Shown piece after piece: positions 9,321 through 19,380 of a DNA stretch of 64,000 bases; the stretch's first letter is position 1; every line of letters starts with the position of its first letter. Origin of the DNA: Myxococcota bacterium. Lineage in GTDB: Bacteria > Myxococcota > XYA12-FULL-58-9 > JABJBS01. Position numbers and translations under genes: made by a program. Under the pieces are notes generated by a model, which was not told the origin of the DNA, ran no database searches, and saw only the letters and a program-made list of their open reading frames with translations. The stretch lies in the NCBI GenBank assembly GCA_036339465.1, contig JAYZAY010000030.1, positions 1 to 64,000 of the forward strand, in the 5' to 3' direction.

Positions 9321-9737
9321 TTAGTCGGCTACGAGAGCCGTAACTGGTTTTGGCGGGCTGGATAGAATTTTAGTTTCCTTCAGATTGGTCATATTACATG
9401 AGCCCTGGAAGGTAACGCCCTTGGCAATCATTAATTCCGGAGTGGTTATATTTCCAACCACTTTTGCCGGAGCATTCAGTTCCACCGAGGACTGAGCCTC
9501 GATATCTCCCCCGATCTCGCCATTTACCACAATCTGCCCAACTTTGATGGTGGCTTGAATCCGAGCACTCTGTCCAATAACGAGAACATCAGAGGTTTGG
9601 ATTTCGCCCTTAAACTTACCGTCAATCCGTACCGTACCATCAAAAACAAGTTTCCCCTCGAAACTACTTTCGGGGCCGAGAATGGTGTGCACATCGTGGA
9701 CATTGGTGGCAGGAGCCGTGGTATCTTTTTTTAGCAC
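9321..9737 (-). CDS. Bactofilin (polymer-forming cytoskeletal protein)
   Basis: TILGPESSFEGKLVFDGTVRIDGKFKGEI...VNGEIGGDI...VVGNITT..L.I.KGVTFQGSC. GTG at 9737 preceded by AAGGAGG (the ORF-track start 9980 overlaps mnmE). Confidence 0.93.
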   Translation of the reverse strand: MLKKDTTAPATNVHDVHTILGPESSFEGKLVFDGTVRIDGKFKGEIQTSDVLVIGQSARIQATIKVGQIVVNGEIGGDIEAQSSVELNAPAKVVGNITTPELMIAKGVTFQGSCNMTNLKETKILSSPPKPVTALVAD

Positions 9738-9931
9738 AATGTACCTCCTTTTATCCTTCGCTATCATGTAGGACAGAGAATAGCCAAGCGACAAAGCCCT
9801 CGCGCATCCATAGACGAAGAGAATGCTGGTACGCCTCTTGGGTTTGTAGCAAAAAAATGTTCGTTCTTCAACGAATTGATTGACTGTACTCGACCTGTTT
9901 GGCATGCAGCCCAGGTTATCTAGGTGTGTAT

Positions 9932-11296
9932 ATGAATTACAAAATCGATTCGAACTCAGATACGATAGTGGCTTGCTCAACCGGAAATGTTGATGGGGCT
10001 ATTGCTATTGTCAGATTGAGTGGACCCAAGGCCCTCGAAATTTCGCGTAACGTTGCCCCAACGAGCAAGGTTCGTGACTCCCACCGGTTTTATCGGGCGG
10101 CTATCTTTGAAAGGGCAGAGCATATCTTAGATGACGCAATGGTTGTCGAAATGCATGCTCCGCGGTCGTACACAGGGGAGGATATGGTTGAGCTTCATCT
10201 TCACGCGTCACGATATATTGTCGAAACGTTAGTGGAACGGCTGGTTAGTTTGGGAGCAAGACTTGCGAAACCGGGCGAATTTACTTTGCGTGCCTTTCTA
10301 AGTGGGAAGCTGGACCTGATGCAGGCCGAGGCGGTCAGTGATTTGATCGGCTCGCAAAATGAAGCAGAACAGAGAGCGGCTACCCGACAGTTAAAAGGCG
10401 GGATCTCCGAGAAGGTTGGCGCTTGGCTGGAAAGCCTTGAAATACTGCTTGGTCAGGCGCGAGCTGCCCTAGATTTCCCGGAGTACCCAACAGGAAACGG
10501 TATCTCCGATAAGGGAATCGGTACGGTTCGGAGGGTAAGCGGCGAATTACAGGATTTTATTGGGCGAATTCGGATTGGTATGCAGACTGGGCAACGGGTC
10601 TGTCTGGCAGGGGCTCCAAATGTGGGGAAATCCTCACTGTTTAATTTGTGGGCAGGAGAGACACGAGTCATTGTGGACGAGGAGCCCGGAACGACTCGGG
10701 ACCCCGTAGAAATCGAAATGCGGGATGGTGCTCTACGCTGGACCCTGGTCGATACAGCGGGGTTCAGACATCATGCTGGACGAATTGAAAAGGTCGGCAT
10801 CGAATTGTCAACCCGTGCGCTCGCGGCAGCCAATCTGGTTTTATGGTTAATGCCTGCTGACTTGGAGGAGGGCTGGCCTGAGGCGATTGATGGGGATTTA
10901 TGGATCGTTGGGACTAAGGCAGATTTATGGAGTCCAGAAAAACAAGCAGATTTTGAATCGCGAGTGGTGAAAAGAGGTTATCAATTTGCGGGATGGATTT
11001 CGAGCGTAGAAGTAATGGGGCATAGGGGGTTGCGGTCTGAAGTAGTTGGGCATTTATCTTCGGGATATGGTGATATCGATGTTGCGGGTATCGTCAAAGA
11101 GAGACATTTCTCGTTACTGGTTCAGGCGAGGGACGCGCTAGCCCAGTTTGAAATCGGCGTTAAGAATCAGATGTCGCTGGATGTTCTCTCTTATGAGTTA
11201 GAAGATGCGGCAAAAGCACTTGGTTGCATACTTGGTAACGATGTGGATCTTGAGGTCCTAGAGAAGATTTTCTCGGAATTTTGTATAGGTAAGTGA
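9932..11296 (+). CDS. mnmE: tRNA modification GTPase MnmE/TrmE
   Basis: TIVA..T...[53 protein letters not shown]-terminal FCIGK. Confidence 0.97.
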   Translation: MNYKIDSNSDTIVACSTGNVDGAIAIVRLSGPKALEISRNVAPTSKVRDSHRFYRAAIFERAEHILDDAMVVEMHAPRSYTGEDMVELHLHASRYIVETLVERLVSLGARLAKPGEFTLRAFLSGKLDLMQAEAVSDLIGSQNEAEQRAATRQLKGGISEKVGAWLESLEILLGQARAALDFPEYPTGNGISDKGIGTVRRVSGELQDFIGRIRIGMQTGQRVCLAGAPNVGKSSLFNLWAGETRVIVDEEPGTTRDPVEIEMRDGALRWTLVDTAGFRHHAGRIEKVGIELSTRALAAANLVLWLMPADLEEGWPEAIDGDLWIVGTKADLWSPEKQADFESRVVKRGYQFAGWISSVEVMGHRGLRSEVVGHLSSGYGDIDVAGIVKERHFSLLVQARDALAQFEIGVKNQMSLDVLSYELEDAAKALGCILGNDVDLEVLEKIFSEFCIGK

Positions 11297-13146
11297 GCAT
11301 GGATACGTTGAATTTTGATGTGACGGTAATCGGCGCCGGCCATGCCGGTTGCGAGGCGGCGTTTGCGGTTAGCAGAATGGGAGGGCGCGTAGGTCTTGTG
11401 ACACTACGCCTCGATCGTATTGCACAGATGAGTTGCAACCCAGCGATTGGGGGAGTTGGTAAGGGGCACCTTGTTCGAGAAATCGACGCGTTGGGTGGGG
11501 TTATGGGGCAGGTGGCGGATGCTACCGGTATTCAGTTTCGGCGATTGAATTTGAGCAGAGGTCCCGCGGTTCGTTCTACCCGGTGTCAATCTGATGCCGA
11601 TAAATATCGTGAGATAATGACCGGTTTGGTTACGGACAATGATAGTATAACGTGTATCGAAGGTGAAGCAGTCAAAATTATTCATGATGGGAAACGTCTC
11701 AGCGGAGTTCAGTTAAAGGATGGGCGGACCATTGTTTCGAATGCGATTATTATTACCACTGGGACGTTCTTGAATGGACTTTGTCATATTGGTGACGAGA
11801 ACTTCGCGGGGGGGCGGATAGGCGACAGACCAGCATCATTTCTGTCCGGTTCATTACGAGAGCTAGGTGTTGGCTTGGGTCGGTTTAAGACGGGGACAAC
11901 GCCACGCTTGGATGCGGATACGATTCGTTGGAGTTCGTTGGATGTTCAATATGGTGATCCGGAAAATCCACGGTTTTCTTTTGACGATGTTGTGAATTCG
12001 CTTGAGCAGGTTCCCTGCCACATTACTCATACGAATAAAGCTACGCAAGAAGTTATCCATAAGAACCTCCACCGATCGCCATTATACCAGGGAATCATCA
12101 AGGGACACGGTCCTCGATATTGTCCATCATTTGAGGATAAAATTGTTCGGTTTGCCGACAAGGACCGCCATCACGTTTTCCTCGAGCCAGAAGGTCTTTC
12201 CTCGAACCGGGTGTATCCGAATGGACTTTCTACGAGCCTGCCCCGGGATGTGCAGGAAGAATTTGTCCATACCATACCCGGATTGGAAAATGCGAAAATA
12301 CTGCAATATGGCTATGCGGTTGAATATGATTATTCTTATCCGACCCAACTCTATCCAACCTTAATGACGAAGGCTCTTGCTGGGCTATTCTTGGCGGGGC
12401 AAATTAATGGAACGAGTGGATACGAGGAGGCAGCGGCTCAGGGATTGATGGCAGGGATCAATGCGCTTCGTTTTGTAGGGGGCGATGCACCTGCGATTAT
12501 GGGTCGTGAGCAGGGCTATATTGGTGTTTTAATCGACGATTTGGTTACGAAGGGGGTCGATGAGCCATACCGCGTTTTTACGTCTCGTGCGGAGCATAGG
12601 TTAACGCTCAGGGAGGCTAATGCGGAGGAACGATTGTTCGGTCTTGCGACGAATTGGGGCTTATTAAGCGGTGAGAGACAGGAGAGGGCACGGGATCGGC
12701 AGGTTCAGCGTGAAAGACTTCGCGACCATCTAAAAGCAACCAAGGTGGGGGTTGAGCTGCGCCTGAAACTTGGAATTGATTCGGCCGGTGTGGTTGGCTC
12801 CAGCATCGAGGATTTGTTGAAGAGGCCTGAAGTTTCAATTGGTATGCTCTTATCTGATTCGGTGCGCTGGGACCCAATGGTGCAACGGCAGGTTCAGGAA
12901 GAGGTCAAGTATCATGGCTATATTGTGCGGGAGAAAAACGAAATTAAGAGGCTCGATCGACTGGAAAAGTTGCGGATGCCCAAAGGGATGAGCTATTTGG
13001 AGACGCCGGGATTATCAAACGAATTACAAGAAAAGTTAACGGAAATTCGACCTGAGACACTGGGCCAGGCGAGCCGAATTCCGGGGATGACGCCGGCAGC
13101 CATAGCGCTCTTGCGTGTACAAATCCAAAAACATGCGTCGGATTAG
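11293..13146 (+). CDS. mnmG: tRNA uridine 5-carboxymethylaminomethyl modification enzyme MnmG/GidA
   Basis: [53 protein letters not shown]. Confidence 0.99.
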   Translation: MSMDTLNFDVTVIGAGHAGCEAAFAVSRMGGRVGLVTLRLDRIAQMSCNPAIGGVGKGHLVREIDALGGVMGQVADATGIQFRRLNLSRGPAVRSTRCQSDADKYREIMTGLVTDNDSITCIEGEAVKIIHDGKRLSGVQLKDGRTIVSNAIIITTGTFLNGLCHIGDENFAGGRIGDRPASFLSGSLRELGVGLGRFKTGTTPRLDADTIRWSSLDVQYGDPENPRFSFDDVVNSLEQVPCHITHTNKATQEVIHKNLHRSPLYQGIIKGHGPRYCPSFEDKIVRFADKDRHHVFLEPEGLSSNRVYPNGLSTSLPRDVQEEFVHTIPGLENAKILQYGYAVEYDYSYPTQLYPTLMTKALAGLFLAGQINGTSGYEEAAAQGLMAGINALRFVGGDAPAIMGREQGYIGVLIDDLVTKGVDEPYRVFTSRAEHRLTLREANAEERLFGLATNWGLLSGERQERARDRQVQRERLRDHLKATKVGVELRLKLGIDSAGVVGSSIEDLLKRPEVSIGMLLSDSVRWDPMVQRQVQEEVKYHGYIVREKNEIKRLDRLEKLRMPKGMSYLETPGLSNELQEKLTEIRPETLGQASRIPGMTPAAIALLRVQIQKHASD

Positions 13147-13148
13147 AT

Positions 13149-13164
13149 TGTTTCACGTGAAACA
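13149..13164. promoter_or_regulatory. parS: parS centromere site 1
   Basis: Perfect palindrome TGTTTCACGTGAAACA. Confidence 0.95.
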
Positions 13165-13237
13165 GGAGGTCGCTCTTTCCCATCCGCGCCGCCAATCGGT
13201 GTTTTCGGCTTAACTGCCCCGTTCGTCTGGGGCCCAA

Positions 13238-13253
13238 TGTTTCACGTGAAACG
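13238..13253. promoter_or_regulatory. parS: parS centromere site 2
   Basis: TGTTTCACGTGAAACG (one mismatch), 89 bp from site 1. Confidence 0.92.
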
Positions 13254-13269
13254 AGAAACTAGGAATATC

Positions 13270-13845
13270 ATGTTCGAGGAACTAACCACATTTCACGGCC
13301 ACGGTGTCGCCCTCAAATGCTGGGCTCACTGGAAGGTCCTGTTGAAATGGAACCAAAAAATCAATCTTACTTCCATTACATCGGACCGGCAATCTGAGCA
13401 GCTCCACTATTTAGATTCACTGCAGGGGCTTCCCTACATAATCGGCGAGCGTGTTTTAGATATCGGTTCTGGCGCGGGATTTCCTGGTATTCCCCTAGCG
13501 ATCGCCACTCCCACGATAAATTACACTTTATTGGAGCCCCGGCGAAAACGAGTATCATTTCTCCGAACCGTCAAGAGTAGATTAGGCTTGTCAAATGTGG
13601 AAATTATAGAGGGTAGGTCCACCGACGAAGTGAAGGACCGCTACGATACCGTCGTGACTCGGGCAACCTTTGCCACGGACGATGACCTTACCAACTGTCT
13701 AAAATGGGTCAATGATTGTGGAAGCTTAGTCCTCTACCGTGCCATTGACGCAGAGACCCTGCCGGGTGCTGTGCGCAAGCGTTACACGCTAAACAAGCAT
13801 GTACGAAGCCTCGACATAATAAATAAAGCGATTCACTCTCCATAG
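13270..13845 (+). CDS. rsmG: 16S rRNA m7G527 methyltransferase RsmG/GidB
   Basis: WNQKINLTSI, HYLDSL, LDIGSGAGFPGIPLAI, VVTRA. ATG 13270 preferred because the 13237 ATG is part of parS. Confidence 0.94.
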   Translation: MFEELTTFHGHGVALKCWAHWKVLLKWNQKINLTSITSDRQSEQLHYLDSLQGLPYIIGERVLDIGSGAGFPGIPLAIATPTINYTLLEPRRKRVSFLRTVKSRLGLSNVEIIEGRSTDEVKDRYDTVVTRATFATDDDLTNCLKWVNDCGSLVLYRAIDAETLPGAVRKRYTLNKHVRSLDIINKAIHSP

Positions 13846-13905
13846 TCTTTGCAGCACACCACGCTTTGCAGTAAAAGAAAGACTCATTCGACCTAGGAAG
13901 AGAAC

Positions 13906-14733
13906 ATGGCACACATCGTCGCGGTAGCTAATCAAAAAGGCGGCGTAGGTAAAACGACCACCGCCGTTAATCTTTCCGCGGCCTTAGCGGCCGCCGAGGT
14001 AAAGACACTGATTATCGACATGGATGCGCAAGCGAATGCATCGAGCGGGCTTGGGATTTCCGCTCAGCCTCTGGAGTCAAGCGTCTACGCCGCCTTAGAA
14101 GGTACCCTGGATATATCACGGCTCATTCATCCGACAGCGATGCCTAAACTTGATCTCATCCCATCGGGACCAGATCTTTATGGAATCGACATTCATCTCG
14201 CGGGAATAGAAGAGCCCCTGACACGATTAACAAGATGCTTAGAGGATATTCAGACCGCCTATGACGTGATTCTTATCGATTGTCCGCCATCGCTCAGCCT
14301 TTTAACCCTCAATGGTTTGTCGGCCGCAAACTCTGTGCTGATTCCTCTCCAGTGTGAATACTATGCGCTAGAAGGCCTGTCTCAGCTCCTACGCACAATC
14401 GAGTTGGTCAGAGCCGGTCCGAATCCAGGTCTGGCCATCGAGGGGCTATTATTGACCATGTTTGATGGTCGTAACAATCTCGCTAGGCAAGTGGAACTCG
14501 ACGTTCGCAACAACTTCGGTGACCAAGTGTTTAGTACGATGATTCCTAGAAATGTCCGATTGTCAGAAGCACCTAGTTTCGGAAAACCAATCGTACTATA
14601 TGACATCCATTCGCGTGGGTCGAAGAGTTATCTGGAGTTAGCCCAAGAGTTTCTATCTAAATCGGGTCCGGCCACAACCCACTATACCATGCCAGCAAAA
14701 GCGGAGATAAATGAAAATGAATGTAGAGGGTGA
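13906..14733 (+). CDS. parA: Chromosome partitioning ATPase ParA/Soj
   Basis: NQKGGVGKTTT, DMDAQAN, IDCPPSL, QCEYYALEG, IPRNVRLSEAPSFG. Confidence 0.97.
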   Translation: MAHIVAVANQKGGVGKTTTAVNLSAALAAAEVKTLIIDMDAQANASSGLGISAQPLESSVYAALEGTLDISRLIHPTAMPKLDLIPSGPDLYGIDIHLAGIEEPLTRLTRCLEDIQTAYDVILIDCPPSLSLLTLNGLSAANSVLIPLQCEYYALEGLSQLLRTIELVRAGPNPGLAIEGLLLTMFDGRNNLARQVELDVRNNFGDQVFSTMIPRNVRLSEAPSFGKPIVLYDIHSRGSKSYLELAQEFLSKSGPATTHYTMPAKAEINENECRG

Positions 14734-15595
14734 GAACGGTAAACAGCGCAAGGTACTTGGGAGAGGCCTAGCAGCCTTAATCCAGCCGACAAACAATTCC
14801 CCAGCCCAAACCCATCGCCACAGTGGTCTCGAAACCCTACCTATCGAAAGGTTGTTTCCGAACCAGTCTCAGCCACGAAAGCATTTCGAGAAGGACGCAC
14901 TGGAGGAGCTAGCAAATTCGATCAAGGCACAAGGAATCCTCCAGCCTATTTTGGTACGAAAACTGGAAGCTGGTTACGAAATAATCGCCGGTGAGCGCCG
15001 ATGGCGCGCCGCCGGCCTCGCAGGGCTTAAGTCGATTCCGGTAATCATCAAGGATTATAACGACCGAGATGCGCTGGCTGTAGCGCTGATCGAAAATATT
15101 CAGCGTGAAGACCTCGATGCGATCGAGGAAGCCCAAGCGTATTCCGGTCTCCTGAGCGAGCATGGTTTCACCCAAGAAGCGCTCGCCACGGCCCTCGGAA
15201 AGAATCGGGCGACCATCGCGAATAGCCTACGCCTCTTAAAACTTCCGCAACCGGTACTCGACCTTCTCGGTTGCGGGGACCTCACGGCGGGACACGCACG
15301 TGCACTGATGACGGTTAAGGACGAAACTAAAGTTGAAAGATTGGCGCGGGATGTGGTTGACCGAAAAATGAGTGTGAGGGATACCGAGTCGAAAGCAAGG
15401 GCGCTTAACAAAGCGACTAAGCCCCAAGCGTCCGCGGAGCCGGAATCGCTTTCTGGACGTGCGGTTGAAGAAAAATTAATGCAGGCCCTAGGCACAAAGG
15501 TTCGGCTGGTTCAACGCAGGGGAAAGGGTCGTGTCGAAATTGTTTTTCACTCCCTCGACCAGCTCGACGACCTTATCGACCGGTTACTTAAATAA
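14711..15595 (+). CDS. parB: Chromosome partitioning protein ParB/Spo0J
   Basis: LGRGLAALI, QPRKHF, IIAGERRWRAA, ENIQREDL, HTH with GKNRATIANSLRLL. Confidence 0.97.
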   Translation: MKMNVEGENGKQRKVLGRGLAALIQPTNNSPAQTHRHSGLETLPIERLFPNQSQPRKHFEKDALEELANSIKAQGILQPILVRKLEAGYEIIAGERRWRAAGLAGLKSIPVIIKDYNDRDALAVALIENIQREDLDAIEEAQAYSGLLSEHGFTQEALATALGKNRATIANSLRLLKLPQPVLDLLGCGDLTAGHARALMTVKDETKVERLARDVVDRKMSVRDTESKARALNKATKPQASAEPESLSGRAVEEKLMQALGTKVRLVQRRGKGRVEIVFHSLDQLDDLIDRLLK

Positions 15596-15738
15596 AGTTG
15601 GCTCCTCTATGAGCATTCAAAGTATTCAGAATCCAAGTTAGACGCAACCACCACAAGTCAAGCAAAACCAGTAACAGAAAGAAGTGGTTCCGTAACCACC
15701 TTCGTGAAACCGCGCCGTCAGCTATTGGCGAGAAAGTC

Positions 15739-17079
15739 TTGAGGGCTCTCGAGCGAACGGATGGAGGTTCGCGGTGGGGCCCCAACTGCCTAACGAGGAA
15801 CGGCCATTACATCGTGGGGGCGCATCGCCTTATGTTTGCAGGTGGTTTACGAAGTGGCGGAGACTCACATTGGGATCGAAGTTGGCTACGCTATCGTGAA
15901 TTACAAGAAGTGTATCCAGGCGCCTACTTTGATGGCCTGTGGCATGATTTGGAATCGAAACTCGGCAGCCGTGATATTGGTATTTGGCTTTTTTAAACAG
16001 GCCTGGACGGCACTCCTTTGGTATTCTGGCTTTCACGCCCCAATGTTAGTCTTCAATGTTAGTCTCCTTGGAGCGTCCACTTCGCGGCGCCAAATATCGG
16101 AAAGGTTCCGATGAGAACCATGAGCGGACAGGACATCTAGCCATTTGTCATGGAAGATGGGGGGGCCTATAATACTTACCTAATCGCCCTTTTCGGGGAC
16201 GTCTTATTGTTGTGGGAGGCATAAGAAACGGTTCTTGAAATGGTGGTGGCCATGATTTTTGGTCGCGTACCCGGTAAGAATAGAAGTTATATGTTAAAAG
16301 TTCTCAGTTCTATTACGGGTATCTATATTCCGTCTCGATTTGCGATGAGCTATGCTAGTTTTCGAATTAAGGCCTTAAATCCACTTGCGCGGTTCGTCGA
16401 CGAACGCTTCAAAAGTAAGGACGGTCCCTCGCCTTACCCGCTCTAGATTCAAGGAGTCTCATTCTTCTGGCTATCCGTCGAAGCGAAGTGCGGCCACTGG
16501 CATGCCAATTCGTTCTCGTATCGCGCCGTACACCCTCTGTGGGTGTTTGCTAACTTTGTTGTTTTCTCCAGGCTAGAATTATTACGCGAACCACGGGGGA
16601 AGGGAAGGACGGGCAAGGGGAAACTCGAAACAGTTTTGGATATAACCGGTAAGGAGGCTGTAAATAACGGTAGCTCCACTATCGGATTAGCGGGCTTTTG
16701 AGAAGGTAACTTTGAATCTTGGAATTTTGTTTTAGAAGAGCTTGGTGATTGTTGTGGAGATGGCTATTGTTCTTTTCTCCTTCAGTTTGGACCGAAAGCA
16801 TGAGTCCGAAATTACATAACGGCCGCAGAAGTATGTAAATCTGAATTGACCTTCACACCTGAGGCGCCTAGCGGAACAATGCGAGCGGGGCGAATTGATA
16901 ACACCGACAGGGAAGAAGATTCAATCAGTGCCGTGGGAGCGGCCGTCAATACTCGTGGCTTCCATCCAAATTTTAAGAATCCCGATGAAATGATTTTCTC
17001 TCAGGGCTTCGGGCCCAGTTTTCACCCGACAGCAATTGCGGATTTTACGTATTGTGACACTCTTTTGTTACGGGTTTAA
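15739..17079 (+). pseudogene. Eroded B12-binding radical SAM gene (TIGR03960-like)
   Basis: Collinear fragments across changing frames: RIALCLQVVYEVAETHIG (15821), WHDLESKL (15940), PFVMEDGGAYN...D..LLWEA*ETVLE (16141), LKVLSSITGIYIPSRF, SPYP, GC/[+1]CCFLQARIITR (16541-16589, relic of GCxxxCRFCQAG), KSELTFTPEAPSGTMR and EEDSISAV. Family recognised from memory. Confidence 0.65.
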
Positions 17080-17303
17080 CGCTTATCGCAGGTGTGAGGA
17101 AGACTGAGGGGCTTTTGCTACACAAATTGCGGACAGAATTGACCAATACGACTGACCGTTGTACTGAAAGTTGTGATGGTAATATTCTCGGGCCTTAGGT
17201 TGTTATGGAAATATACAATTATCGTAGTGGAGCCGCTGGCCAAAGAGGGCAACGTGCGGTGGTAACGTTTCCTTATTCGGACTAGTCATTTGAGATTTTT
17301 GTA

Positions 17304-18461
17304 ATGATTCACCAAAAGCTCTCAATCGTTATGATCGCCCCCTGTGCATTTCCGACCAGACAAGGAACACAGATTTTTATTCGAGATCTTGCGAAGGCTT
17401 TAAGCCTTTCGGGGCATGAAATTCATCTAGTTACTTACGGACATGGTGAATACGAGGAAGACTCAGAGTTTTTTATACACCGGACGCCCCTAATTGATAC
17501 TGGATTGCGGAGTGGGCCGCATCTACTAAAGCCAGTTGTAGATATCGCCCTCTATCTCTTGGCTCTTAAAGTGATCGCAGGTTACGATTGTGATATTATT
17601 CATGCACACAATGTAGAGGGATTAGCGATTGGTGCAATACTCAAAATCCACACCAAGAAGCCACTGGTATACCATTCCCATAATTGTTTGAGTCTTGAAC
17701 TTCCTACCTACTATAAATTCACGCTGATGAAATTTCTTGCCTCTGCTGTTGGTGAGTTATTTGACCGTCTACTTCCCCGGATTGCGAACCGAGTCATCGT
17801 TTTTAATCCTGAAAGTGCGGAGCTTCTGATGGACCAAGGAGTTCCGAGAGAAAGAGTCAAAGTGATTCCCCCCGGACTTTGGTTAGAAGATATCGTTGAT
17901 TGTGAAAATCAATTATTGCTCTCTGTTTTGAGGCAGCAATGTGGCGAAGGCTTTCTCCTTTATGCAGGGAACCCTGATTGCTATCAAAACCTCGAACTGA
18001 TGTATGAAGCGGTGAAGCATGTTTGTACAGAAATTCCAGCAAATTTGGTCATCGCTTCTTCGGAACCCAAAAGTACGTTTCTGAAGCTGTTTGCGAATTC
18101 ATCCAAGGACCTAGAAATTAACTATGTGCAAACTTCGAGTTGGGATGAATTACGCTGTCTTTTCCATCTAGCCAAAGTTGGCTTATGTCCGAGAGTGCTT
18201 CGAGGCGGTTTTCCCATCAAAATCATTAATTATTTAGGAGGAGGACTGCCCATTGTTGCTTGTAGAAAATCTCTCGACTCTTTGGACGGTTGGCCTGGGA
18301 TTGAATTGGTAGAGGACTCGCCCTACGCCTTTGCAGCAGGAATTGTGAAACAATGGAATTCTGACCATGAACTAAACGAACACAACAAGATCCTTGCTAT
18401 GTTTGATATCCGAAATCAGACGACGGCATATGATGAGCTTTATAAGGAGCTTATAAATTAA
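17304..18461 (+). CDS. Glycosyltransferase family 4 (GT-B)
   Basis: N-terminal L..SGHEIHLVTY, DIIHAHN, V.VIPPG, LYAGN, GGFPIKIINYL..GLPIVA. Confidence 0.85.
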   Translation: MIHQKLSIVMIAPCAFPTRQGTQIFIRDLAKALSLSGHEIHLVTYGHGEYEEDSEFFIHRTPLIDTGLRSGPHLLKPVVDIALYLLALKVIAGYDCDIIHAHNVEGLAIGAILKIHTKKPLVYHSHNCLSLELPTYYKFTLMKFLASAVGELFDRLLPRIANRVIVFNPESAELLMDQGVPRERVKVIPPGLWLEDIVDCENQLLLSVLRQQCGEGFLLYAGNPDCYQNLELMYEAVKHVCTEIPANLVIASSEPKSTFLKLFANSSKDLEINYVQTSSWDELRCLFHLAKVGLCPRVLRGGFPIKIINYLGGGLPIVACRKSLDSLDGWPGIELVEDSPYAFAAGIVKQWNSDHELNEHNKILAMFDIRNQTTAYDELYKELIN

Positions 18462-18506
18462 AGTACTGAGATGTCTATTCTCGAAACCTGGTAGAAGAAA
18501 GGGGGA

Positions 18507-19337
18507 TTAGGAACGAATTTCCTTAAGCAGTGCTTCTCGCATTGTCTCTCTAGGTGGTTGGCGTCCCGTCCATATCTTGAGTGCGGCCACACCTTGTTCC
18601 AGAAGCATCTTCCATCCTTCAATGATTTGGCAGTCAGCCCTAACAGCTTCTTTCAAAAACGGCGTCTCAATGGGCTGATAAATCATATCAAATGCAATGG
18701 TGCCCGATTGTACTTTAGACCAATCGAGATCGTGCTCCTCTCCGTTGCTCCCGACGGGAGTTGCTTGAATGATGAGCTTAGACGAACTCATTATGTCAGA
18801 AACTATCTTTTTGTCTGAGAGCGTGGCGGTTCGTCCGGGGAACTGTGGTTTAATGGAATCCAAAAAATCACGGGCTTTGTCTGGGTTGCGAGCGACAACG
18901 TTGATTGTTGCTCCTATGGAATCCAATGCTACTGCGGCAGCTCGTGCCGCACCTCCGGCACCGATAATCAATGCAGAGCTTTCGCCTGCGTAACCAAGCT
19001 CTTCGAGGGGTTTAATGATGCCGTCGATATCGGTCAATGCACCATGAATCTCGGAGCCATATCGCCATAGTGTATTTACCGCACCAGCCTTGGCGGCATG
19101 TTCACGTAGTTCCACGGCATCTAAGAACTCGGTCTTCAATGGGGTGGTAATATTAAGACCAGCCCATTTTCCGTGCCGAATCTCTGCGAGCAACAATTCC
19201 TTATCCTCAGGTTTTGTTGGCCGCAGGCGATACTCTGCATTCATATTCAATTCTGCAAATGCCGCGTTATGCATGGCCGGCGATGGCGACTGATCGATCG
19301 GATCCCCCACAAGTGCATAAGCAATCTTTGGTGGCAT
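18507..19337 (-). CDS. aroE: Shikimate dehydrogenase
   Basis: G.PI..SPSPAMHN, GLNITTPLK, GAVNT, IIGAGGAARA, DMIYQP..T, MLLEQG. Confidence 0.94.
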   Translation of the reverse strand: MPPKIAYALVGDPIDQSPSPAMHNAAFAELNMNAEYRLRPTKPEDKELLLAEIRHGKWAGLNITTPLKTEFLDAVELREHAAKAGAVNTLWRYGSEIHGALTDIDGIIKPLEELGYAGESSALIIGAGGAARAAAVALDSIGATINVVARNPDKARDFLDSIKPQFPGRTATLSDKKIVSDIMSSSKLIIQATPVGSNGEEHDLDWSKVQSGTIAFDMIYQPIETPFLKEAVRADCQIIEGWKMLLEQGVAALKIWTGRQPPRETMREALLKEIRS

Positions 19338-19380
19338 TCTATTTCTCCAAGTGTTTTCGGGTGGAACCTAAATATTGCTG

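Noticed and set aside
9738..9980. N-terminal extension of the bactofilin ORF
   Set aside because: It overlaps the divergent mnmE start, and a strong RBS precedes GTG 9737.
13237..13269. ORF-track N-terminus MFHVKR of rsmG
   Set aside because: It is the translation of the parS palindrome; ATG 13270 is the more plausible start.
58..15705. TAA/TAG-to-Gln recoding, suggested by stops at Gln-like positions in recF and at 15609-15705
   Set aside because: dnaN, rpmH, yidC, mnmG, parB and many other genes end at TAA/TAG at their expected lengths, so the standard code applies.
15588..17079. Short ORFs of 63-92 aa as independent small proteins
   Set aside because: The + strand ones are better explained as fragments of one pseudogene and the - strand ones as shadows.
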